From a virus, in IMG/VR virus record IMGVR_UViG_3300025652_000047, positions 1 through 64,000 of that record: 64,000 bases of DNA, one strand, 5' to 3'. Positions within the stretch are counted from its first letter, which is position 1. Every line of letters begins with the position of its first letter. Positions 29,404-37,213 of this stretch are shown piece by piece. A model generated the notes under the pieces. The model made no database searches, had not been told where the DNA came from, and saw only the letters and a list, made by a program, of their open reading frames with translations. The translations under genes and the position numbers were made by a program.

Positions 29404-29670
29404 TCATATTGTTGCGTTTAATTGAGCTATATGCTCGTGAGTATTGAAAATTGTTTCTAAAGCGTTTAATTCTTCAAGCATAGCAGCTTGCGTAGGTCCA
29501 CACACTAAATGAGATGCAGGATTAGGGATATTTGCATATGAATCTAAACCTACAAAAGTATCTTGGAATTGCATAATAGTATTAACCCTAATAGCCTTAC
29601 CATTATAATCGCATAAGAATAAGATAGCTAAAGTATTAGGATTTAAATAATCTCTGTTTATTAATTGCAT
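29404..29670 (-). CDS. Hypothetical protein
   Basis: ORF track. Confidence 0.55.
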   Translation of the reverse strand: MQLINRDYLNPNTLAILFLCDYNGKAIRVNTIMQFQDTFVGLDSYANIPNPASHLVCGPTQAAMLEELNALETIFNTHEHIAQLNATI

Positions 29671-29694
29671 TGTTCTTTATTTAATTAGTTAATA

Positions 29695-29915
29695 AATTCG
29701 CCCAACAGTAATACTGCTGTCCTCGTGTCAATAGAGTTAGAGCTAAAGTTTATCCAGTATCTTATGGTTACTTGCTTCGCCACCTACTAATTGAAAAGGT
29801 ATCTATACCTAGTAAGATTTTCTTGTTACAGGAACTTACTATTAACTCAGGTCTACTACACTACATAGCTTATGTTCGTGCGACACCACACTATCATAGG
29901 AGCTATCCTATGCAT
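29695..29915 (-). ncRNA. Candidate structured ncRNA
   Basis: ~290-nt intergenic region, GC-richer than its flanks; minus-strand GTGTC/GACAC, GAGTTA/TAACTC, CATAGGA/TCCTATG pairings. Confidence 0.4.
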
Positions 29916-29959
29916 TTATCTTCTGTAGAATGATCAAAAAACTCTTGTTGCTCTAAAGA

Positions 29960-30331
29960 TTAAGTTTCTAACTCTTGTATCTCTATCATTGCTTCTACCA
30001 TTGCGTCCTCATCTGCCTTCAATGGTTCAAGTATAGAATCAATATCTAACTCTACTTCTCCATACTGATCCATTAATCTATGCTTACGCATAAACTGAAC
30101 AGCACTGGTATAGCTATTAAAATCAATAATTTCTATTCCATTGTTGAAATATATAACAGGATGCCAATAATCAGTATTAATTTCATATGTAACCTGAGCA
30201 TTAAACCATATAGACTCTTTAACTTTACATAGTAAAGAATATAAAGCAGGAATTACACCATTGCCAGGTTCTAAACCTAGTTTAATACATAATTCATCAT
30301 TGTTGATAATATTGTTAATTATAGTTTGCAT
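29960..30331 (-). CDS. Hypothetical protein
   Basis: ORF track. Confidence 0.6.
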   Translation of the reverse strand: MQTIINNIINNDELCIKLGLEPGNGVIPALYSLLCKVKESIWFNAQVTYEINTDYWHPVIYFNNGIEIIDFNSYTSAVQFMRKHRLMDQYGEVELDIDSILEPLKADEDAMVEAMIEIQELET

Positions 30332-30358
30332 TGTTATTTATTTAATGATTAAAAAAAA

Positions 30359-30505
30359 TATACTCCTGTGGACTTGAACCACAATTAATAATAACTTCAG
30401 GATGTTCCCTGCATTTTATATTATACCATTGAACCTCTCAGTAAAGAGTCAGTTCTGGACTTATGACTTTGTTATTATTAACCTCGCACGTAAAGAGAGA
30501 GTATA
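30359..30505 (-). ncRNA. tRNA-shaped RNA with the anticodon loop replaced by a 75-nt domain
   Basis: Acceptor TATACTC/GAGTATA; T-arm TGTGG-TTCAAGT-CCACA; 11-bp stem TTAATAATAAC/GTTATTATTAA. Confidence 0.6.
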
Positions 30506-30659
30506 CACTTGAACACTCTTGGAAACATTGTTTGTGTTAGCACCATCATAATAGCTGAATCCTAGTCATTGAACAAGCCTATTGCACTATTATAATGGTC
30601 ACGTAGATACATTAAAATTACAGGTCTTAAACAGGGTTTATGTAATGTTATTCCCTATG

Positions 30660-31250
30660 CGTCTGCACCTTTATCTACTTGCTGTAAACTCCTAAGTGTG
30701 TAAACTAATCAGCTCACTATTTATATTCTATCAACATATTACAATACAGTTGATACACTTGAATGATTTATATACTAGATATGAGAATCTAAGCGATATT
30801 ATTTTCAAACTCATTTTTAATTATGTTTCTAACAAACACACTCAAGTAATTTATATTCACTCTTCATTTAATTGCTTATGAAGGGTTTAAGTCTTCAATT
30901 GAGTCAATTAGGTGGTAGGTTTCACCTGCTAATTCATAAAATAGGTCACGACCTTCGTCTGTCTACCTAGTCTACATGTTAATGCAGCTTACTTGAAAGC
31001 TTATACATTGGCGCATCAATAGGGACTTTCAGCCTATTAGATTAACTCCATTTATGCTTTGGATTCATGGATTCCCATGTATTATCTCCAATGTATAAGT
31101 AATAATACACTCAATGTCTTATGCAATTACCAGTCAATACTACTAGAGTACTGAATTTCTGCAACCTGCATAAGACGTAGATAAAGGTACACAAGCTGAT
31201 CAGTGCTTACCCAACTCCGTTTTCCTCCCAATATCTACAGGAGTGTGTAT
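30660..31250 (-). ncRNA. Large (~600 nt) pseudoknotted ncRNA candidate
   Basis: Perfect 10-12 bp helices 30667-78/31177-88, 31000-11/31088-99, 31116-25/31167-76; also 30705-14/31194-203 and 30688-93/31239-44; mismatches resolve as G-U on the minus strand; no credible ORF. Confidence 0.65.
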
Positions 31251-31363
31251 AATACTATAACCAAACCTCATGGTTACTACGCATACTTAATTTTAGATGT
31301 GGTATATATTTTGTTGTATGTTCCACTTTTCCAATGTTGGTAGGTTATAGTATATTAAATTTG

Positions 31364-31413
31364 TAAGTGCTGAAGGACTCGAACCTCTATCTGCTACCTA
31401 ACTAGCGCACTTA
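31364..31413 (-). ncRNA. 50-nt mini-tRNA mimic (acceptor + D-like + T arm, no anticodon arm)
   Basis: TAAGTGC/GCACTTA stem, GCTA-GTTAGG-TAGC hairpin, AGG-TTCGAGT-CCT T-loop. Confidence 0.55.
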
Positions 31414-31661
31414 TGAACAACTACTTAAAATCGTAGCTGTTCGCTGAATCTTGAGTCATTAAGACCCCATATATACTTACGAACATAGTATAGTATTTAG
31501 TAGTTAATGTTATGACCCTCTATAGATCAAGATTTCAATGCCTTTTAGCTTAGTCTAAGTATTAATACCTACATAGAATGTAAGCATAATACTCCACTAG
31601 CTAATACTGGTGAGGCTTATTACAACCTCATGGTTTATTGCCATTTGCAATTTACATGTGT

Positions 31662-31725
31662 AGAATTTTGCTATTCCATAGCAAAATTTGAGGGTGAACC
31701 CTACCCGTTTAAGGGTAGAGTTCTA
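31662..31725 (-). terminator. Tandem hairpins downstream of the 105-aa early gene
   Basis: AATTTTGCTAT/ATAGCAAAATT and GAAC.CTACCC/GGGTAG.GTTC inverted repeats. Confidence 0.55.
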
Positions 31726-31729
31726 GCCA

Positions 31730-32047
31730 CTAGAAGTTAGTGACGCTGTCCTCCCAGACCACGTGGTGGTTGGTGTACGAAGTCCCTTGGACGACTTCCA
31801 TTTCGCCAGTAGTCTGGTTCGGAACTTTTTTAGGTTGCGCTACCACAACTTTAGTGCGAAGCTCGAACTTGTCACCGTTAGGCACTAGTCTTTTGGCGAA
31901 AGACTCAGCGTTAAAGCTGATTCGAGTCCTAGTCTCGTTAATCCACTGAGACTGATAGCCGTTAGGCTTACCTGTTTCACGGTCAAGCTCAGGCTTAGTG
32001 CCAAATGAAGTAATGTCTAATTTTGCTTTGATTTCAGAAAGTGTCAT
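31730..32047 (-). CDS. Hypothetical protein, first gene of the leftward unit, with atypically high GC
   Basis: 105-aa ORF with visibly more C/G than its neighbours; A-rich leader; followed by hairpins. Confidence 0.7.
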   Translation of the reverse strand: MTLSEIKAKLDITSFGTKPELDRETGKPNGYQSQWINETRTRISFNAESFAKRLVPNGDKFELRTKVVVAQPKKVPNQTTGEMEVVQGTSYTNHHVVWEDSVTNF

Positions 32048-32149
32048 AGTTGTTGTATTTAGTAATTTGTAAATGCAATATGACCTCAGGGGTCATCCTC
32101 GCTAGTAATTAGCAATGGGCTATTGTTTGTTATACATGAACCCAAGTTT

Positions 32150-32420
32150 CCCTAGCGATTTGGTTTTTTTTAAAAATTTTTTTTTTTTTCTTATCCATCC
32201 AAGGGGGTTACTATAGGGATTGGATGGATGGATGGGGGGGGTTTGGTTTATACTATATGTCGCTGGAAAACACGTAAAAAACAGCGGAGGGTATATTTTA
32301 GGCGACTATTTCGGCTATTTTTCTAATTTACAAATAATTAAATTTAGATTTCCATTAATTTATTCTCATATAATAAGCTATACCCTAGGTGGTTATTGAC
32401 TTTACGGTTAATTAATTTTT
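32150..32420. other. Strand-switch region, candidate replication origin
   Basis: Divergence point of the two gene blocks; long T tracts; ATCCATCCAA/TTGGATGGAT inverted repeat (32193-32229); G runs. Confidence 0.45.
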
Positions 32421-32442
32421 TTTAAAAATAATTGCTTAAAAA

Positions 32443-32474
32443 CTTGCATATGTCAAATGTTTGTTTTATATTTA
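32443..32474 (+). promoter_or_regulatory. Bacteroidota-type promoter for the rightward unit
   Basis: CTTG-N20-TATATTTA, close to the TTTG/TAnnTTTG consensus. Confidence 0.6.
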
Positions 32475-32477
32475 CAT

Positions 32478-32790
32478 CTGTTATATTAGTTCAACTACTA
32501 ATTACATCTTGGTTAATAGCATCTATCCTTATAGAAAGCACAAGATCAGAAGTTGGGTTGTAGGCTATGCTCTTGAGATAATAGAGGAACATAATGGCTA
32601 AGATGTCCCCAATAATAACAAAAATTGCCTGTATATAATACTTAGGGAGGAATAATACTAAGGGTTGATATAGAAGTACCTCTGTGGGTGTAGGATTAAG
32701 TTCTAACGTACAGTAAGTGGAAATTACAGGTTAATATCGGATTTAAGAAATTAGATCTCAAAAAAGATAAAAATTTTTAGGGGGATTCTT
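32478..32790 (+). ncRNA. Candidate structured leader/ncRNA (~300 nt)
   Basis: ACATCTTGGTTA(32504)/TGGCTAAGATGT(32595) helix with G-U pairs on +; crossing TTGGG/CCCAA and TGTAGGC/GCCTGTA pairings; several hairpins. Confidence 0.55.
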
Positions 32791-32821
32791 GAGTTTAGTT
32801 AAGAACAAAAAATATAAGATT

Positions 32822-33205
32822 ATGGAATTAAATTTATTAAACAAGCGGTTAAGTGACAAGACTAGCAAGGATGTTAGTGAGTTACAATTTTACAGGTATT
32901 TTTTACTTATATTAAATGAGTCCCAGGGTATATTAACTACTAAGCAGTTGGATATGGTATCTTATATGATGTCTAAGGGTACTTCTTTTAAATGCAAGGG
33001 TAGTGGCATATTAGACATTATGAATAAGGAGTTGTACATGAGTAAGCAGCATATATCAAATGTTAGGAGTCAGTTAATAAAGAAGGAGATAATTAACGAG
33101 GACGGTAGTTTATCTAAGTTATTTGCGCCTTTAGTGCATTTAGTGGACCAAAAGAGAGAGATTAAATTAGTATTACCAATGAAGATTAAAGAAAATGAGT
33201 ATTAG
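32822..33205 (+). CDS. Winged-helix DNA-binding protein
   Basis: LT.KQLD ... MSKQHISNVRSQLIKKEII; ATG at 32822 preferred. Confidence 0.6.
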   Translation: MELNLLNKRLSDKTSKDVSELQFYRYFLLILNESQGILTTKQLDMVSYMMSKGTSFKCKGSGILDIMNKELYMSKQHISNVRSQLIKKEIINEDGSLSKLFAPLVHLVDQKREIKLVLPMKIKENEY

Positions 33206-33437
33206 AGACAACATTGATGACTTATACAGAGTTTATCAGTTAGAGCATGGTGCGATCCCTGAGATGTTAATTATGAATCATTATGATTACTTATCCTTTA
33301 AGGATGAGATGGGGGTTGATTTTTTAGATGAGATTGACCATTACCATGGTTTACAGATAAGGGTAGAGGAAGAATCAGAGACTAGATTAGAGAGTTATGC
33401 GACTTACGAGCCAAGAGACGATTATTACTATGACTAG
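33195..33437 (+). CDS. Hypothetical acidic protein
   Basis: ORF in operon. Confidence 0.55.
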   Translation: MSIRDNIDDLYRVYQLEHGAIPEMLIMNHYDYLSFKDEMGVDFLDEIDHYHGLQIRVEEESETRLESYATYEPRDDYYYD

Positions 33438-33615
33438 TAAAGAGACAGGTTATCCTGTTGAATTAGTGGAGTATGTGTATAGAAACTTTTACGCTACTTT
33501 GAGGAGTATGTTAACTAATAGGGTAGCCGACTTCATAAAATTAGAGAAATTTTTAAAATTTAAAGACGATGAAAAAGAACAATATGCTAGAAGGATTAAA
33601 TCTAGCGGAGAATGA
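33397..33615 (+). CDS. HU/IHF-like DNA-binding protein (short)
   Basis: II...SKETGYP.E.VE.V...F...LR......IKL..F.KF. Confidence 0.55.
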   Translation: MRLTSQETIITMTSKETGYPVELVEYVYRNFYATLRSMLTNRVADFIKLEKFLKFKDDEKEQYARRIKSSGE

Positions 33616-34132
33616 GAGTGAGAGGTCCTATGTAGAGGATCAGGTATTTACGTTACAGGATGTAGAGGATGTAGCTACTTATAATAAGAACATTAAGGAT
33701 TTTGATCCTATGTATAATAATTTAGAGAGTATTAATTACAACATACTTGTTAGGGCGTATAAGACATCTCCAGTAGAGGAAGATGGGGTATTTATACCAC
33801 CTACTAGAAATATAGAGGTATCTACTGCTGGGGGCAAGGGAGTTTGGACTACTGTAGCTGATCCTTGGTTATTTAGTCAGAAGGTAGTTGCGGTATCTGG
33901 ATTAAAGACTGATAGGAAGGATATAGTACCAGGAGAGGAGTTAATTATTAGTCAGGCTATGATAGGTATTACACCTACTGGGGATGCTGACAATGTGACT
34001 TTAAATTTAAAGAATTCATTTATTCATCCTGAATCAGGACTTTCGGGTATGCCTACAGATCCAGCTAACAAGCATCATGGCTACTTTTTAATCCCTGTTT
34101 CACAATTATTATTTTCATGTGGAGTAAAATAA
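33569..34132 (+). CDS. GroES-like co-chaperonin
   Basis: NILVR.......GVFIP ... KVVAVS ... VPGEE.I; GroEL present in the same unit. Confidence 0.55.
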   Translation: MKKNNMLEGLNLAENESERSYVEDQVFTLQDVEDVATYNKNIKDFDPMYNNLESINYNILVRAYKTSPVEEDGVFIPPTRNIEVSTAGGKGVWTTVADPWLFSQKVVAVSGLKTDRKDIVPGEELIISQAMIGITPTGDADNVTLNLKNSFIHPESGLSGMPTDPANKHHGYFLIPVSQLLFSCGVK

Positions 34133-34377
34133 AATATGCTTGGCATAATCCTATTAACGTCTTGTATTTTATACAGGGGTGTTTAAACTGGTTGATTATG
34201 AAGTTAACAGGAGTGCCTATAGGTCATAGTAAATATATTAATAAACGATTAGGAGCTAAGGAGTGTTTAGAGAATGGAGTATGTTTAGAATGTGGGTGTA
34301 ACACTAATTTGATGTTACTTTCATCTAAGCCATGTCCAAAGCGCACATATTCTCCTGATGAAAAGCCTTGTTATTAA
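34117..34377 (+). CDS. Cys-rich zinc-binding protein
   Basis: C..NG.C..CGC......KPC......CY. Confidence 0.6.
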   Translation: MWSKIKYAWHNPINVLYFIQGCLNWLIMKLTGVPIGHSKYINKRLGAKECLENGVCLECGCNTNLMLLSSKPCPKRTYSPDEKPCY

Positions 34378-34673
34378 TGTGGGATGCAGAGATTAAAGAC
34401 CTAGGAGATGTCCAGGCAACGGTAAAGCAGACAATAGTATATACGTATACAGGAGACAAGAAGATTAAATCAGTAAGGACCTCATGTGGGTGTACTGTAG
34501 CTTCTTATCCAAAAACAGATACAGGATATACTATTAATGCACAATTTACACCTAAGCACAGTAGTAAAGACTACAAGAAGAATGGGAGTATAACGGTTAC
34601 TTTTACAGACAATATAATAAAAATATTAAAATTTAAATCAAATGTTAAGACAAACAATGGTCCAGGAAATTAA
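34368..34673 (+). CDS. DUF1573-like Ig domain protein
   Basis: DLG.V......Y.Y.G...I..V..SCGCT ... K.ITV. Confidence 0.75.
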   Translation: MLLMWDAEIKDLGDVQATVKQTIVYTYTGDKKIKSVRTSCGCTVASYPKTDTGYTINAQFTPKHSSKDYKKNGSITVTFTDNIIKILKFKSNVKTNNGPGN

Positions 34674-34836
34674 CTGGAAATCAGATAAGATAGCTAATAC
34701 AAAGGAAACAATTAGTAAATATTTATTTGGGTGGAACTATAGGACTTTTATAAATGAGACACATAATATTAACTGGGAGGCTTCAAAGGAGGACAATATT
34801 CCTGGGATAGTTCAAGGATTTAAGAATGGCTACTAA
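34642..34836 (+). CDS. Hypothetical protein
   Basis: ORF in operon. Confidence 0.45.
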   Translation: MLRQTMVQEINWKSDKIANTKETISKYLFGWNYRTFINETHNINWEASKEDNIPGIVQGFKNGY

Positions 34837-35392
34837 GGGTTGGACTCCTGATACTAACTGTTGGAAAGCTAATCCACATTTTATTACTATGCGTCCTTTT
34901 TCAGAGTTATATGAAACTGATGAAGGGGGAATATTATCTAGTAATTATATGTGGATGGTTATTCTTATGGAGGAGAATGATGAGGAGATAAACCCACAGT
35001 ATAGCTTACCTGAAGAAACTAGGATACAGAATGCAAAAGACAAGTTCTTTCCTAAGTTCAACAAAGACTTTGAGTTATATATGGGTTGCAAGTTACAATA
35101 TTCAGACCAGACTATGTCTTTTGCACAGAGGGCTGTAAAGTTACATCAAGACCAGATAAAGAGGTATCAAGAGTTTATAGACAATACAGAGCTTACTTTA
35201 GATACTCCTGATACAGAGGGAAAGATGAGAATTATACCTGGAACAATAAAGCAGGTAGCTGCATTATCAAAGACTATAACTGGATTATTTAAAGAGTTAA
35301 AAGATTTAGAAGTATTATGGCAACTAGAAAAGACGGAAGCACAATTAAAGGGAGGAAGGAAATTGACAGCTTCAGAGAAGGGTTTGATATAA
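34826..35392 (+). CDS. Conserved crAss-like protein (possible small terminase)
   Basis: W..NP....PF..LY..D ... KGGRKLT.SEKG.I C-terminus. Confidence 0.45.
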   Translation: MATKGWTPDTNCWKANPHFITMRPFSELYETDEGGILSSNYMWMVILMEENDEEINPQYSLPEETRIQNAKDKFFPKFNKDFELYMGCKLQYSDQTMSFAQRAVKLHQDQIKRYQEFIDNTELTLDTPDTEGKMRIIPGTIKQVAALSKTITGLFKELKDLEVLWQLEKTEAQLKGGRKLTASEKGLI

Positions 35393-35637
35393 AATTTAAT
35401 ATTCCTTTAGATTTTATTGCAGTATTAGAAAATGGTAATGTAATAACAGATGGTAACAGGACTTACTATTTAAGATTAGAGGATATTATAATGGTAGAGA
35501 GGAATTCTGAAGGCGTAGAACAAGACTCTTTTATATATAAAATTGAAGATGCTCCTCTCTATGTAAAAAATCATTATATAGATTTATTAAAAATGAATTT
35601 GGAAAGATTAGGAGTTAATTTAAAGCAAAAAGATTAA
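35317..35637 (+). CDS. Hypothetical protein
   Basis: ORF track; start uncertain. Confidence 0.45.
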   Translation: MATRKDGSTIKGRKEIDSFREGFDIKFNIPLDFIAVLENGNVITDGNRTYYLRLEDIIMVERNSEGVEQDSFIYKIEDAPLYVKNHYIDLLKMNLERLGVNLKQKD

Positions 35638-35638
35638 C

Positions 35639-35944
35639 ATGATAATAAGCGCATTAAAAAGAAAAGGATTTATGTTAATGAATTCTACAGGATTTACAGA
35701 TGAACTATGGAGTCCTGAAAATAACTTTATTATACATGTAGATTGGGTTACTAATAATCAAATCACAGTTATAGGTAGAAGTAAAGCAGGAGGATCTAAT
35801 CAATATCTATTTAATAACCCAATAGATTTTGAAAAGTGGATTAACAGTAATTTTAAAGATCCTAGACATAAGGTTATAAGATATACTGATCACAATAATA
35901 AGAAAGTTGAAATTAATAATGAAAGATATGAATACCCATTATGA
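35639..35944 (+). CDS. Hypothetical protein
   Basis: ORF in operon. Confidence 0.55.
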   Translation: MIISALKRKGFMLMNSTGFTDELWSPENNFIIHVDWVTNNQITVIGRSKAGGSNQYLFNNPIDFEKWINSNFKDPRHKVIRYTDHNNKKVEINNERYEYPL

Positions 35945-36228
35945 TAAAAGCACATAGCGAATACGTTAAGAAAATGAAGACTAATAGTAATCAACAAGCA
36001 ATTATACAAGACCATTTTTCTAAATCAATACCTTGGAGTGGAAATATGACTACTAAAATGATGGAAGAAGCTTTAGATTTTTATGGTAAGAATGCAATAG
36101 AACAAAGCGGTAAAGGGGTTGTTATAGAAGTAACCAACCCAAGATTATATGAATGGTACATGGAGAAACAAAAGCAAGAAGTAGCACCATTAGATGTATT
36201 TTATAAAAACCATAAAGACAGCGAATGA
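35941..36228 (+). CDS. Hypothetical protein
   Basis: ORF in operon. Confidence 0.55.
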   Translation: MIKAHSEYVKKMKTNSNQQAIIQDHFSKSIPWSGNMTTKMMEEALDFYGKNAIEQSGKGVVIEVTNPRLYEWYMEKQKQEVAPLDVFYKNHKDSE

Positions 36229-36572
36229 TAACACTAGCAGGAGAATTAAAAGGAATAAAACAATTAGTAGACGGTAGTTTAACTATTCCAATACACACAC
36301 AAGAGCTTAGTCCAGAAAAAATGGCAGCAATATTTACCATGAGTAAATTCTGTTACATAGGATTAAAGCCAGAAGCATTTACAGCAAAGGAGTTATCTGA
36401 TTTAGATAATATGAAGTCAGATGCTTCATTTGGACAGACCTTATCAAAGAGAATGAGGAATACATTATATGTAGTATATAAGAAGAGTAATATAGATGAA
36501 TCTTTTGAAAACTACTATTCCAGACGAATGAGTGATTTAATTGAATTAATAAAAGATGAGATAGATGAGTGA
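36225..36572 (+). CDS. Conserved phage protein
   Basis: DGSL.I...TQEL ... T.S.R.R..LY ... FE.YY...M. Confidence 0.6.
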   Translation: MITLAGELKGIKQLVDGSLTIPIHTQELSPEKMAAIFTMSKFCYIGLKPEAFTAKELSDLDNMKSDASFGQTLSKRMRNTLYVVYKKSNIDESFENYYSRRMSDLIELIKDEIDE

Positions 36573-36834
36573 TGAATTAGATAAAACATATGGGGAAAGG
36601 ATATATGGAGTATCTTATGATGTACCCCCAGATGATATAGTATCTGAGATTAAATACAATACTGCTAAGTTAGCTGACTCATGGGCTGACATAATGGAAA
36701 GTTCTACTTTAGATATGAAAGACCAAGATATGGATGCTCAAGCAAACACTATGGTTAAAGTAGATTATATAATTAGGGCTTTAGAAAAGTTAGAAGAGTG
36801 TAGTTTTTTAGCAGTAAAATCACAGTATATATGA
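36565..36834 (+). CDS. Hypothetical helical protein
   Basis: T.GE...G.S ... V..IK...A.L.D ... A...LE.....AVK. Confidence 0.55.
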   Translation: MSDELDKTYGERIYGVSYDVPPDDIVSEIKYNTAKLADSWADIMESSTLDMKDQDMDAQANTMVKVDYIIRALEKLEECSFLAVKSQYI

Positions 36835-37118
36835 AAGAAATAGAGTTGGCTGGAGCTAAATGGTGTGTACCATGTAAGAATACTAAAGATAATATATCTA
36901 AAGTAGCTTATCAAATGGGTGCAAATATGACTTACCATGACTTAGGAGCTAAAGAACATCTACATAGAAACCTAGGAGATTTAAAAGATAGAGGATATAT
37001 TATGGGTAATTTAGTAGGTATACCTATGTTTTTTGTAGATAAAAAGCAGATACCAGGTCCTACAAGTTTAGAAATGTCAGACATATATATTTGGATTACA
37101 GACAATTATAGTACTTAA
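36831..37118 (+). CDS. Thioredoxin/glutaredoxin-like protein
   Basis: GAKWCVPCK active site; GIP.F cis-Pro motif. Confidence 0.85.
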   Translation: MKEIELAGAKWCVPCKNTKDNISKVAYQMGANMTYHDLGAKEHLHRNLGDLKDRGYIMGNLVGIPMFFVDKKQIPGPTSLEMSDIYIWITDNYST

Positions 37119-37131
37119 GAAATACATTCGT

Positions 37132-37213
37132 GCAGGATAGTTTCTGGTTGTACTATCTGTAAATTCAAACAACTTAATAGGTGAATAGCAGGAGAGGCTC
37201 GAAGCTCTCCTGC
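37132..37213 (+). ncRNA. Small pseudoknot plus T-loop-like hairpin upstream of the tRNA
   Basis: CAGGATAGT/ACTATCTG stem, loop GTTG pairing with downstream CAAC; GCAGGAGAG...CTCTCCTGC hairpin then TTTT. Confidence 0.4.

Noticed and set aside
30696-30881. 61-aa plus-strand ORF
   Set aside because: GTG start, opposite to local gene orientation, and overlaps the structured RNA; likely spurious.
30660-31250. RNase P RNA, tmRNA or group I intron identity for the large RNA
   Set aside because: A GAGGAAA is present but the rest of the RNase P P4 signature, tmRNA termini and group I P7 motifs were not recognisable by eye; needs an Rfam scan.
30331-32790. CRISPR array or DGR template repeat in the long non-coding region
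   Set aside because: No regularly spaced direct repeats, no reverse transcriptase and no adenine-variant repeat pair were seen.
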